Shown here piece after piece: positions 22,125-31,527 of a DNA stretch of 59,670 nt. The notes beneath the pieces are model-generated. The model was not told the origin of the DNA. It searched no databases and saw nothing but the letters and a program-made list of their open reading frames with translations. Where the stretch lies: contig JAKZRS010000048.1 of the NCBI GenBank assembly GCA_047518015.1, forward strand, positions 1-59,670. The letters are read 5' to 3'. A program made the position numbers and the translations under genes. Each line of letters begins with the position of its first letter. Position 1 is the stretch's first letter. The stretch comes from Thermodesulfobacteriota bacterium (GTDB lineage: Bacteria; Desulfobacterota_D; UBA1144; Nemesobacterales; Nemesobacteraceae).

Positions 22125-23594
22125 ATGGAATTTTCTCTGATAAAGGATGATGTTGCCGACGTTGAGTCGGATTCAATTGTTTTTTTCTGTTATGAAGGAC
22201 AGAGATTTCCTGCTGCCGCAAGGAAAATTGACAGTAAACTCGGGGGGTTTCTTTCAGACAAAGTGAAGGTGTCCGATTTTAAGGGCGCTTTTGGAAAAAC
22301 GGTTCTTGTTGATACCCCAGGCGATTTCAATACGAAGACAGTCGTCCTGCTGGGGCTCGGGAAAAAAGAAAATTTCGGGCCTCTTGAGGCTTTTCGCGCC
22401 GCAAACACCGCGGCTGCAAGAACCGGCCGGTATTCCCGCACAGTCGCCGTTGATTTTTCTAACGTGGGTAGAAAGTTTCTTAAAATCTTTCTTGAGGGCA
22501 TGACCTGCGGTTCTTATGAGTATGGAAAGTTTAAGTCCTCGGGAAGAAAGAAAAACCGCATAGAGAAAGTGTGTATAGCGTCAAGAAAAATTTCCACCGA
22601 TTATTTCAGCACCGAAGCTGCACACGCTGGCGCCATTTCAGAGGGTGTGGCTTTTTCAAGAGACCTTGTGAACGATCCTCCGAATATGCTTACTCCATCG
22701 ATTCTCGCGGAGCATGCGCTTTCGATTTCCGAGGGGTCAGAACACATCAGTTGCGAGATTCTCGGCAGGGAAGAGATAAGGGAAATGGGAATGGGGGGAC
22801 TCTCCGCGGTCTCTTTTGGCAGCAGTGAACCCCCGAGATTCATCCATCTTTCCTATTCATCTCCTGTAAAATCTCGCAAAAAAGTTGCTATTGTCGGCAA
22901 GGGGATAACTTTTGATTCAGGGGGCCTGTGTCTTAAGCCTGCGGACAGCATGAGAACGATGAAAATGGACATGTCAGGTGCTGCTGTTGTGCTGGGCACC
23001 ATGAAAGCTCTTGGAGAGCTGACTCCGAGCGTTAACGTCCACGGTATTATCCCGGCAACCGAGAATATGACTGGCGCTTCGGCCTACAAACCGGATGACG
23101 TCGTAACGGCTCTTAATGGCAAGACGATAGAAATTATAAACACCGATGCGGAGGGCAGGGTAGCGCTTTCCGACGCGCTCAGTTACGCGGTCCGCCTCGG
23201 GGTTTCTGAGATAGTGGACCTTGCGACTCTTACCGGTGCCTGTATCGTCGCACTCGGCCTTCACAACGCCGGAGTTATGGGTAATAACGCGAATCTTGTG
23301 AGGTCGGTTTTAGATTCCGCGTGCGACGTCGGCGAGAAGATGTGGGAACTTCCTCTTGATACCGAATTAAGAGAGGAAATAAGAAGTCGCGTAGCCGACG
23401 TTAAAAACGTCGGAAGCAGATGGGGTGGGGCGATAACTGCGGCACTTTTTCTTGAGAATTTCGTTTCGGATGTTCCGTGGGTTCATATAGATATAGCCGG
23501 CCCATCATACGTGGAAAAAACTTCGGGTTGGTACCAGTACGGGGCAACTGGGTTTGGCGTGAGAACCCTAGTTGACTACCTTATGAAAAGGTAG
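22125..23594 (+). CDS. pepA: Leucyl aminopeptidase (M17)
   Basis: VGKGITFDSGG, MKMDMSGA, NTDAEGR, HIDIAG; alternative TTG start 22098. Confidence 0.95.
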   Translation: MEFSLIKDDVADVESDSIVFFCYEGQRFPAAARKIDSKLGGFLSDKVKVSDFKGAFGKTVLVDTPGDFNTKTVVLLGLGKKENFGPLEAFRAANTAAARTGRYSRTVAVDFSNVGRKFLKIFLEGMTCGSYEYGKFKSSGRKKNRIEKVCIASRKISTDYFSTEAAHAGAISEGVAFSRDLVNDPPNMLTPSILAEHALSISEGSEHISCEILGREEIREMGMGGLSAVSFGSSEPPRFIHLSYSSPVKSRKKVAIVGKGITFDSGGLCLKPADSMRTMKMDMSGAAVVLGTMKALGELTPSVNVHGIIPATENMTGASAYKPDDVVTALNGKTIEIINTDAEGRVALSDALSYAVRLGVSEIVDLATLTGACIVALGLHNAGVMGNNANLVRSVLDSACDVGEKMWELPLDTELREEIRSRVADVKNVGSRWGGAITAALFLENFVSDVPWVHIDIAGPSYVEKTSGWYQYGATGFGVRTLVDYLMKR

Positions 23595-23635
23595 GTTTTT
23601 CACCGGCTAGCGTTTGCTTGAAGGGGGAGGACAGT

Positions 23636-24556
23636 TCAGGGGATATAATCAAGCCAGTGCTCAAATTTCGCGTCTTCCCCTTTTATTACGGCAAAATATC
23701 TTTTCTGGAGTTTTTTCGTTATTTCTCCAGGTTTCCCGGAACCTATCTTTTTGCTGTCAACTTCCCTAATAGGCGTCACTTCAGCAGCGGTGCCGGTGAA
23801 AAAGGCCTCATCCGCAATATAAAGCTCGTCTCTTGTGAAAAGCTGCTCTTTTACCGTAATACCCTCGTCGGCAGCGATATCCAGAACGCACTTTCTAGTT
23901 ATCCCTTCCAGTATGGAAGTTAGAGGTGGAGTTTTGAGAATCCCGTTTCTCACAATGAAGATATTCTCCCCGCTTCCTTCAGCCACGTAACCTTCTGAAT
24001 CAAGCAGTATTCCCTCATCAAATCCGAGATCAGCGGCCTCCTGCCTGGCCATTACTGAATTTACGTAATTTCCGCATATCTTGGCCTTGGTCATAAAGGA
24101 GTTAACGTGCATTCTCGTATAGGAGGATATCTTTGCCCTGATTCCGTTGGTAATTGCATCGTCGCCTAGATATGTTCCCCATGGCCATACGGCTATCGCC
24201 ACGTTTATGACGTTATCTCCTGGAAGTATCCCTTTCTTTCCCGGTCCGATAAAAGCTATGGGCCTTATGTAAGCTTCATCAAGTCCGTTTTCACGCAGAA
24301 GATCCACCACCGCGTCGCATAGGGTCTGAGCTTCGTATGGAATTTCTATGCCGGCTATATGCGCCGAGGCATAAAGTCTTTTCATATGTTCCGTGAGCTT
24401 TAAGACGGCTGATTTTCCGTTAGAGCATTTATAAGCTCTTATACCTTCAAAGGCGCCGAGGCCGTAGTGCAGAGTATGGGTAAGTACATGCACGTTTGCC
24501 TCGTCCCAAGGTACTGTTTTTCCGTTAAACCATATTTTGGATTGGTCGGCTGACAT
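23636..24556 (-). CDS. ilvE: Branched-chain amino acid aminotransferase
   Basis: LHYG..FEGIR, KAKICGNY, EGSGENIF, ILEGITR, TGTAAEVTPI. Confidence 0.96.
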   Translation of the reverse strand: MSADQSKIWFNGKTVPWDEANVHVLTHTLHYGLGAFEGIRAYKCSNGKSAVLKLTEHMKRLYASAHIAGIEIPYEAQTLCDAVVDLLRENGLDEAYIRPIAFIGPGKKGILPGDNVINVAIAVWPWGTYLGDDAITNGIRAKISSYTRMHVNSFMTKAKICGNYVNSVMARQEAADLGFDEGILLDSEGYVAEGSGENIFIVRNGILKTPPLTSILEGITRKCVLDIAADEGITVKEQLFTRDELYIADEAFFTGTAAEVTPIREVDSKKIGSGKPGEITKKLQKRYFAVIKGEDAKFEHWLDYIP

Positions 24557-24744
24557 AAGTTGCTATCACAGTTGAGGAAAGAAAACTTTGGGAACATTAT
24601 TATTATTCCCCTTTTCATTGTCAAGCTTGATCAAGGATTGGGATAGTGATTACAGACGGGGCGTGAATTCCGTGGATTTCTGCGTGAGCATGAGTCTTTA
24701 CCGCTGATATCCGACGGAGATGCCAGGGATGGGAATTGATGTTT

Positions 24745-25125
24745 TTACCGTGGTTCTAAATGTTCTTCGATTATCCTGCTCATCTCTCGAGAAAATTTTG
24801 ATCTTGGAATAACAAGGTCTACTCCTCTTTCCCTGAATTTATCGGCAAGCTCTCGTTCTACATGTGGCAGATATCCTATACAGAAGGTTTTTCCATGTTT
24901 CGGAGAGTTTTTAAGCTTAGTGAAGACATCTTCGGCATCAATTCTCCTTGAAGCAAGATCAATAATTACGAGGTCAACCGTTTTTCCTTCTATCTTGTCT
25001 CGAAATTCCTCGTGATTCTTTGCTTTTATCATAACGAGACCAAGCTGTTTGACTGTACTTTCAATCTTTGACGAGAAAAACATGTCGTCAGCCACTACGC
25101 AGATTGTTTTTCCTGGAACTTCCAT
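24745..25125 (-). CDS. Stand-alone receiver-like (CheY-fold) protein, atypical
   Basis: VVADD near the N-terminus, DLVIID phospho-site strand, ends VIPRSKF instead of the canonical KP. Confidence 0.6.
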   Translation of the reverse strand: MEVPGKTICVVADDMFFSSKIESTVKQLGLVMIKAKNHEEFRDKIEGKTVDLVIIDLASRRIDAEDVFTKLKNSPKHGKTFCIGYLPHVERELADKFRERGVDLVIPRSKFSREMSRIIEEHLEPR

Positions 25126-25394
25126 TTCCTTGGAACAAAGATTCCCGCTTCGACTGAATCCTACAAGTCTTAAATGGATTTGAAAAGAGCTAATCCGCTT
25201 TTCGAGTTTCGATAAAGCACATGGGGCAGGACTTATAGATTTTTATGCAGCCTTATGAGGGTGGACACCTACGTGCTTTGCTTTTTCAAACAGAAAGTCG
25301 ATAAAAATTATAAAACATTGAGAAAACTGCTAATATATGCGGAAAGGCAATTCTACTATCTGATAGAAGTGCTTTTACGCTCAAGGAGGATAAT

Positions 25395-25829
25395 ATGAAG
25401 GCTACTTTGATTGCTTTTCTTGTGGCAATGATCTTTGGGATTAACCCGATTTTTGAAAAACTCAGTCTGAAAGATGCTTCTCCGCTTTCGGTAATCACGA
25501 TAAGGTTTGTTTTCACTTCGTTGTGTCTAGTGTGTTTAGTTCTGGCTACGGGCAGGTTTGCCCAGGTCATTAATGTCGACGGTCGGACACTTTTCTGGAT
25601 ACTTCTGTCGGGACTAATCGGAGGATTGATCGGTCTTTTTCTCTATTTCACGGCTCTTCAGATGGCCGATACGTCAAAAATTATTGCGATAGTGGCCACT
25701 TTTCCCATGTTTACAGCCATCTATGCTTATCTTTTTCTGGGAGAAACCCCTGGGCCCATGAGGGTTGCGGGAATCGCTTTTATTGTTATCGGTTCCATAC
25801 TGATTGAGTGGAACCTACTTGCGGACTAA
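25395..25829 (+). CDS. EamA/DMT family small membrane transporter
   Basis: About 5 hydrophobic helices, PIFEKLSL, LFLGE motif; AAGGAGG SD. Confidence 0.85.
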   Translation: MKATLIAFLVAMIFGINPIFEKLSLKDASPLSVITIRFVFTSLCLVCLVLATGRFAQVINVDGRTLFWILLSGLIGGLIGLFLYFTALQMADTSKIIAIVATFPMFTAIYAYLFLGETPGPMRVAGIAFIVIGSILIEWNLLAD

Positions 25830-25834
25830 CGCGC

Positions 25835-26152
25835 CTATATGTCCAAGGATTCTATGTAATCGCGAAATTCTTCAGCCATGTCCGGATGCCCATGATTTGA
25901 TGCTGCCCGGACACCTTTTTCATATGCATCTTTCGCCTGGTCTTGCATTCCAAGTTCGGTGTAGCAATGGCCAAGCATTCTGTAAGCGGCTCCTTCGTCA
26001 TCTTTAAGACGAAGGTAGGCGTTAATTGTCTCTATGGTCTCCTCGTAACGGTTAAGCTTGAAGTATTCATTTGCAAGACTGTAGTAAACAAGAGGAGTTG
26101 CGGGGTTTTTCTCAAGTAATTTCTTAAATTTCTGAATTCTTTTTCCCGACAT
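25835..26152 (-). CDS. Small tetratricopeptide repeat protein
   Basis: YSLANEY..YEE and AYRMLGHCY..AYEKG TPR-like helix pairs. Confidence 0.8.
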   Translation of the reverse strand: MSGKRIQKFKKLLEKNPATPLVYYSLANEYFKLNRYEETIETINAYLRLKDDEGAAYRMLGHCYTELGMQDQAKDAYEKGVRAASNHGHPDMAEEFRDYIESLDI

Positions 26153-26184
26153 TTTTAAACTGCCAATCTCGGCTCTAAAAGCCT

Positions 26185-26862
26185 TTAGCTTATCTCTTTT
26201 TTGTCTTTCAGCGTGAAGTTTTCGAAACCGAAAACGCCCATGAAATTTTTTATGACGGACCGCGTAACATCATCCATTCTAACATTCTCTTCGTTCCCAA
26301 GCCAACTTCCGATAGACGTTATTCTAACGTCCGTTATTCCGCAGGAGAGGATCAGATCGAAATAATCAAGATTCGTGCTGACGTTAAGAGCAAAACCATG
26401 GTAGGTCACCCATTTCCTGATGGCTATCCCTATAGATGCTATTTTGCTTTTTTTTGCCCAGACTCCAGTGACCCCATCTATTCTTCTGCCTTCGATGTCA
26501 AAGTCGCGAAGAGTCCTTATAATCACTTCTTCAATACTTCTTAGGTGCTTACGAATGTCCATTCCGTGATTTTTGAGGTTCAGTATGGGGTAGCCGACGA
26601 TCTGGCCGGGACCGTGAAAAGTTATGTCTCCTCCCCTTGATGCATGCACGAAGGAAACTCCGTGTTTTTCAAGATATTCCTTTCTTACAAGCAGGTTTTC
26701 CGTGTTTCCCTTCCTTCCGGTAGTGATTGTCGGCGGGTGTTCAAGCAGGATAAGGGAATCTTGTATTTCTTCCGCGATTCTTTTAGCGAGAAGATTTTCC
26801 TGGTATTCAAGCGCCTTTTCGTAGGGAACCGTCCCGAGTTCGTATATATCTATGGTGCTCAT
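26185..26862 (-). CDS. lipB: Lipoyl(octanoyl) transferase
   Basis: LLEHPP, RGGDITFHGPGQIVGYPI, KIASIG, HGFALN, CG. Confidence 0.96.
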   Translation of the reverse strand: MSTIDIYELGTVPYEKALEYQENLLAKRIAEEIQDSLILLEHPPTITTGRKGNTENLLVRKEYLEKHGVSFVHASRGGDITFHGPGQIVGYPILNLKNHGMDIRKHLRSIEEVIIRTLRDFDIEGRRIDGVTGVWAKKSKIASIGIAIRKWVTYHGFALNVSTNLDYFDLILSCGITDVRITSIGSWLGNEENVRMDDVTRSVIKNFMGVFGFENFTLKDKKEIS

Positions 26863-26889
26863 TGGGGCAGTGACTAACTATTCTGCGCC

Positions 26890-28320
26890 TCAGAAGTTTC
26901 TTACTCTTCCAAGCGCGTCAAGAGCTGCTTCCATTACGGCTTCCGAGAGGGTTGGGTGGGCGTGCTGGGTAGTGGCTATTTCATACGGTGTTGTCTCTAA
27001 GGTTTTCGCCACTCCGATTTCTGCAATCATCTCAGTTGCTCCATGGCCTATTATGTGACTTCCGAGAAGCTCCTTTGTTTTTGAGTCGAAAACCATTTTC
27101 ACAAAGCCGTCCGTTTCTCCGACCGCGACCGCTTTTCCCACAGCCTTGAAAGGGAATTTTCCTATATCTATGTCATAACCTTGGTCTTTTGCCTGTTTTT
27201 CCGTAAGGCCGATCATAGCCACTTCCGGCTGACAGTAAACGCATCCGGGAATTGAGTCGTAATGTACTTTGGAGTTCATTCCCTTCATTTTCTCAACTGC
27301 GACGACTCCTTCCTCCGAAGCCTTGTGCGCGAGCATGGGACCTCCGATTACATCTCCGATCGCGTAGATATTGGCACAGGTGGTCATGTAATCCTCATCC
27401 GTTTTTATAAATCCTCTTTCATCAAGTTCAACGCCCACGTCTTCAAGACCCATGCTGTCACCAGTATCATAGAAGGCAAAAGAGGTCGGCGCGGCGTTTG
27501 CGATGGCTTTCCTTCCGACCGATACCAAGACCATATCGGCTTTTAGTGTTGTCTGTTCTCCAGAAACCATATTTTCCACCGTCACGGTTGCAGAACTTGA
27601 GGTTTTCTTAAGGGATTTGTACATAGTCTCTGTAAGAATTGTCATTCCCTGCTTGGTGAATATTTTCTTTGCCTCTTTAGCTACTTCCTCGTCAGCTCCC
27701 TGCAAGATCTGTTTTTCCATCTCAACTATGGTCACCTTGCTTCCAAAAGAGTTGTACACATAGGCAAACTCCATTCCTATGTATCCCCCGCCTATTATTA
27801 CGACTGAGCGGGGAACCTCGGTGTGCATTATTGCCTCGTCACTTGTCATTACCACTTTTCCGTCGATTTTAAGGCCAGGCAGCGTTCTTGGGACAGAACC
27901 CGTGGCAAGGAGTATCCGTTCACTCTCTATGTCTTGTGAATCCTTGCCCGTAACGGAAATTCCGTGCTTCGACGTAAGCCTTCCCGTGCCGCTTATAAGG
28001 GTGATCTTGTTTTTTTTGAAAAGTCCGGCGACACCCCTGTTAAGAGAAGACGAAGCTTTTCTGCTTTTTTTTATTACTTCTGAGTAGTCAAAAGAGAGGC
28101 CTTTGTGGGTAATTCCGTAACTCTCTGAGTCAAGGAAATGTGAGTACATCTCGGCGCATTTGAGAATTGCCTTTGAAGGTATGCATCCCCAGTTAAGGCA
28201 TACTCCACCAGGTTTGTCTCGCTCGATGACGGCAACTTTCATCCCCATCTGGGCGGCTCTTATTGCCGATATATATCCCCCGGGACCGGATCCGATAATT
28301 GTGAGGTCAAATTTTTCCAT
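26890..28320 (-). CDS. lpdA: Dihydrolipoyl dehydrogenase (E3)
   Basis: GSGPGGY, GGVCLNWGCIPSK, GGGYIG, HAHPTLSE. Confidence 0.96.
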   Translation of the reverse strand: MEKFDLTIIGSGPGGYISAIRAAQMGMKVAVIERDKPGGVCLNWGCIPSKAILKCAEMYSHFLDSESYGITHKGLSFDYSEVIKKSRKASSSLNRGVAGLFKKNKITLISGTGRLTSKHGISVTGKDSQDIESERILLATGSVPRTLPGLKIDGKVVMTSDEAIMHTEVPRSVVIIGGGYIGMEFAYVYNSFGSKVTIVEMEKQILQGADEEVAKEAKKIFTKQGMTILTETMYKSLKKTSSSATVTVENMVSGEQTTLKADMVLVSVGRKAIANAAPTSFAFYDTGDSMGLEDVGVELDERGFIKTDEDYMTTCANIYAIGDVIGGPMLAHKASEEGVVAVEKMKGMNSKVHYDSIPGCVYCQPEVAMIGLTEKQAKDQGYDIDIGKFPFKAVGKAVAVGETDGFVKMVFDSKTKELLGSHIIGHGATEMIAEIGVAKTLETTPYEIATTQHAHPTLSEAVMEAALDALGRVRNF

Positions 28321-28329
28321 TTCGGGGTA

Positions 28330-28357
28330 ATTATATTTATAATCGGCGTATCGTCAA
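28330..28357 (-). promoter_or_regulatory. Sigma70 promoter of lpdA, near-leaderless
   Basis: Minus strand TTGACG-N16-TATAAT, 9 nt before the lpdA ATG; no SD. Confidence 0.7.
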
Positions 28358-28591
28358 AGATTGTCTCAACTTAAAATATGTGGACCATTCAGTTGCAAAG
28401 ATTACTTCAAAAATTATAGCAGTTAAAACATTATTGAGTTCTAAAGATTCTTTCCATATGAACTCGCGAGAGTTTGCTATAAAAGTTGTGTCCTAGGTAG
28501 GTTTGCTCTCACGGTATCGAAGAAAGCTATTTAAGCAACAATAACAGTGAGAGTTTTTGGCTTGTAAAGAGCATTGTCCGGCAATCTACGT

Positions 28592-28620
28592 GAATTACCG
28601 GAGTTGCATTCCGGTAATTC
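28592..28620. repeat. Perfect 11-bp inverted repeat with 7-nt spacer
   Basis: GAATTACCGGA-gttgcat-TCCGGTAATTC. Confidence 0.9.
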
Positions 28621-28696
28621 CGCTTAATTAGCGGAACTAGTTAATTTGAGATTCTGTATGGCAGTTTGGTAAGTGCAGAATTTGCTTTTGGTTCCG

Positions 28697-28725
28697 TTGA
28701 CAATACACTAGGCGGAAATTATATT
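28697..28725 (+). promoter_or_regulatory. Sigma70 promoter of hrcA-grpE-dnaJ, near-leaderless
   Basis: TTGACA-N17-TATATT, 10 nt before the hrcA ATG; no SD, no CIRCE. Confidence 0.72.
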
Positions 28726-28735
28726 TCAGAAGCAT

Positions 28736-29770
28736 ATGACACAACCAATCTCTCCAAGAAATAAGGCTTTTCTGGGCTTTGTGGTAGATCATTTTATTGA
28801 GACCGGAAGTCCCATCGGTTCTTCAACCCTTATATCAAAATACGATATAAAATGGTCTCCGGCCACGGTCCGCCAGGAGCTTAATTCACTTATGGAAGCG
28901 GGTTTTCTCACCCAAAGCCATATTTCTTCCGGCAGGGTTCCTACGGAGAAGGGAATAAATTATTACGTAGAGAACATTCTCCACGTGGAAAACTCACCGG
29001 ATGTCGGCCTGCGGTTCCTTGAGAGTAAATATGAAGGGATTGACGGCACGCTTGATCACGTGATAAGCGCTACAAGTTCAATACTTTCGGACTTTACGAA
29101 GCTTGCAGGTCTCGCGATGCTTCCCCAGAGAAACACTCTCAGAGTCAAGTCCGCGAAGCTTCTGAAAATGGGAACCAGGGAGTGTCTCCTGTTTCTGGTC
29201 TTTGAAGGCGGGCTTACGGAAAAAACTTACATAAAGCTTGCCAAACCCATTCGGGATTCCCAGGTCGAGAGAATAGGGAGTTATCTTAATCAACTGATTC
29301 TGGGCCTTACGATTGAGCAGGTGCGCAAGGTGGTGCTCGAGAAAATAAAGAGAACCACTACCGAATACAGTGAAATCCTTGAAAAAGTGCTTAGAATAAG
29401 CAGCGAGCTTTTCGAGAGGGAGAGAAAGACGGGGATATTCATAAAAGGAAAGATTTTCGTCATTGAGTCTCTTAATTTCGGAGATTCCGGTGTATATAAG
29501 ACCATAATCGAGATACTCGAGGACCAGGAACTTCTTTCCGGCCTTCTGAAGTCGGTTGTAGAAGATGGCAGCTCAAAGGTTTTTATAGGTTCAGAAAAAG
29601 GGATGCCTCGCGGCTTCAGTCTCGTGGCGGCACCTTACTACAAAGGAAACAGTTACGGGAGTTTAGGTGTGTTCGGCCCCTCTAGAATGGACTATTCAAG
29701 AATCATCCCGCTTGTGAATTACACGGCAAGAATGGTCACAAAAAGGGTTAACGGAGAAACTACGGAATGA
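28736..29770 (+). CDS. hrcA: Heat-inducible transcription repressor HrcA (diverged HTH)
   Basis: PIGS, SPATVR, H.SSGRVPTEKG, C-terminal LGVFGPSRMDYSRII; upstream of grpE. Confidence 0.9.
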   Translation: MTQPISPRNKAFLGFVVDHFIETGSPIGSSTLISKYDIKWSPATVRQELNSLMEAGFLTQSHISSGRVPTEKGINYYVENILHVENSPDVGLRFLESKYEGIDGTLDHVISATSSILSDFTKLAGLAMLPQRNTLRVKSAKLLKMGTRECLLFLVFEGGLTEKTYIKLAKPIRDSQVERIGSYLNQLILGLTIEQVRKVVLEKIKRTTTEYSEILEKVLRISSELFERERKTGIFIKGKIFVIESLNFGDSGVYKTIIEILEDQELLSGLLKSVVEDGSSKVFIGSEKGMPRGFSLVAAPYYKGNSYGSLGVFGPSRMDYSRIIPLVNYTARMVTKRVNGETTE

Positions 29771-30369
29771 GTGAGAACACGATAACGGAAATCGAAGAGA
29801 AAGAGAAAAACGGCACCGAAGATCTGCAAGAGCCTGAACTTCCCGGTACTGACGGACAAGAGAAAGAGGCAGAGGAAGACTCCTCCGCTGAACTCGAAGC
29901 CTTGAGGGAGAAGTATTTAAGGCTTTCGGCCGATTTTGATAACTACAAAAAAAGACTTGCGAGGGAAAAGCAGGAAATACGTGATTTCGGAAACACGCAG
30001 AAGTTAAAGGAGATGCTTTTCGTTCTTGACAACATTGAAAGAGCTATCGAGCTTTCTGAAGAGTCGTTTGGCGAAAAAACAGACTTCGTAGCTTTTCTTG
30101 ACGGAATAAAGCTTGTTCACGCGCAATTTCTGGCGGGTCTAGGAAACTTCGGCGTTACACCGATAGACTCAAGCGAGGGAACTGATTTTGACCCGAGCTA
30201 CCACGAAGCTGTTTACAAGGAGCACTCGGAAACTTACGAAAGCGGAACCATAATCTCAGAGGTCCAGAAAGGCTATCTTCTTAACGGAAGATTGCTAAGA
30301 CCCTCAATGGTATCCGTGTCTCAAGGTGCTGAAAAAACCTCCGAGGAAGATTCTGAAGAAAAAAACTGA
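29767..30369 (+). CDS. grpE: Nucleotide exchange factor GrpE
   Basis: LRLSADFDNYKKR, LDNIERA, FDPSYHEA, QKGYLLNGRLLRPSMV. Confidence 0.96.
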   Translation: MSENTITEIEEKEKNGTEDLQEPELPGTDGQEKEAEEDSSAELEALREKYLRLSADFDNYKKRLAREKQEIRDFGNTQKLKEMLFVLDNIERAIELSEESFGEKTDFVAFLDGIKLVHAQFLAGLGNFGVTPIDSSEGTDFDPSYHEAVYKEHSETYESGTIISEVQKGYLLNGRLLRPSMVSVSQGAEKTSEEDSEEKN

Positions 30370-30396
30370 CGAGAACCCCCGTCCCCTAATCCCAAA

Positions 30397-31476
30397 ATGG
30401 CTAAAGACTACTACGAAATACTTGGTGTTGAGAAAAACGCTTCCCCCGAAGATATAAAAAGTTCCTACAAGGATCTTGCCTTCAAGTACCATCCGGACCG
30501 CAACCCCGAGGATAAGAATGCCGAAGAGAAGTTCAAGGAAATAAACGAGGCCTACCAGGTGCTTAACGACAGGGATAAGAGGGCTCGTTATGACAGTTTC
30601 GGCCAGATGTCGGGTGACGGCATGGGCGGTTTTTCAGGGTTCAGCGATCTTTTCGGCGATCTTTTCGATGACGTTTTCACGGGAGGAATGGGCAGGGGCA
30701 GGGGCCGGCAAGGAGAGGCTCTGCAGTACAACCTTGAAGTGGATTTTGATGAAGCTGCTTTTGGGACGCAGAGAGAAGTAAAAGTCAGGAAAAGAAAACT
30801 CTGTGATGATTGCTCCGGTTCCGGAGCTGCGGTTGGAGGAGAGTCGGTTTGTGATCGTTGCGGAGGAAGAGGATCGGTTGCTTTTTCCCAAGGTCCGTTC
30901 TCAATAAGCCAGGGTTGCCCTTCGTGTGGGGGAAGCGGAAAAATTATAACGAATCCCTGTGGAAGTTGCCGGGGATCCGGCCTTTCATACACCGAGAAGG
31001 TGGTAAAGGTCAACATACCCGCCGGGATTTCCAGTGGAATGAGGCTTGTCATAAGGGGGGAAGGGGAACCTGGAGCACGTGGAGGTCCTCCGGGAGATTT
31101 GTATATACAGGTGGGAGTGAAGGAACACCCTATCTTCAGACGAGACGGAAACGACATCGTGTGCGAGTTTCCGATAAGCTTTACTCAGGCGGCTCTTGGG
31201 GATGAGGTAGACGTTCCGATTCTAAAGGGTACCACCAAGATGAAAATCCCCGCCGGAACGCAGCCGGAACAGACCTTCAGGCTTAGAGGAAAGGGACTTG
31301 TGGATGTGGAATCCAGGAGTCTTGGCGATCAATACGTTGTGGTAAAAGTGGTAATACCGCAGAAACTCACCAGAAAACAGAAGGAAGCTTTAATGGAATT
31401 TGCCGGAAACTACAACGGGGAAAAAGAACCTTTGATCGAGAAATACTTAAATAAAATAAGAGAATTAATTCACTAA
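30397..31476 (+). CDS. dnaJ: Chaperone DnaJ (class A)
   Basis: [14 protein letters not shown] region, four CxxCxGxG repeats. Confidence 0.96.
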   Translation: MAKDYYEILGVEKNASPEDIKSSYKDLAFKYHPDRNPEDKNAEEKFKEINEAYQVLNDRDKRARYDSFGQMSGDGMGGFSGFSDLFGDLFDDVFTGGMGRGRGRQGEALQYNLEVDFDEAAFGTQREVKVRKRKLCDDCSGSGAAVGGESVCDRCGGRGSVAFSQGPFSISQGCPSCGGSGKIITNPCGSCRGSGLSYTEKVVKVNIPAGISSGMRLVIRGEGEPGARGGPPGDLYIQVGVKEHPIFRRDGNDIVCEFPISFTQAALGDEVDVPILKGTTKMKIPAGTQPEQTFRLRGKGLVDVESRSLGDQYVVVKVVIPQKLTRKQKEALMEFAGNYNGEKEPLIEKYLNKIRELIH

Positions 31477-31527
31477 ACCTAGAGTATTATCTAATTACTC
31501 TTAAAGCTCTTGCCGTGTGTCCCCGAC

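Noticed and set aside
24594-24624. (ATT)4 tract in the ilvE promoter spacer as a phase-variation switch
   Set aside because: Four trinucleotide units is too short for frequent slippage and the -10 assignment is ambiguous.
24640-24715. Nested imperfect hairpin downstream of the receiver-like gene
   Set aside because: Depends on many G-U pairs in G/T-rich sequence; cannot be told from chance by eye.
28655-28690. GCAGTT-tggt-AAGTGC as a degenerate CIRCE
   Set aside because: Arms and spacing do not fit TTAGCACTC-N9-GAGTGCTAA.
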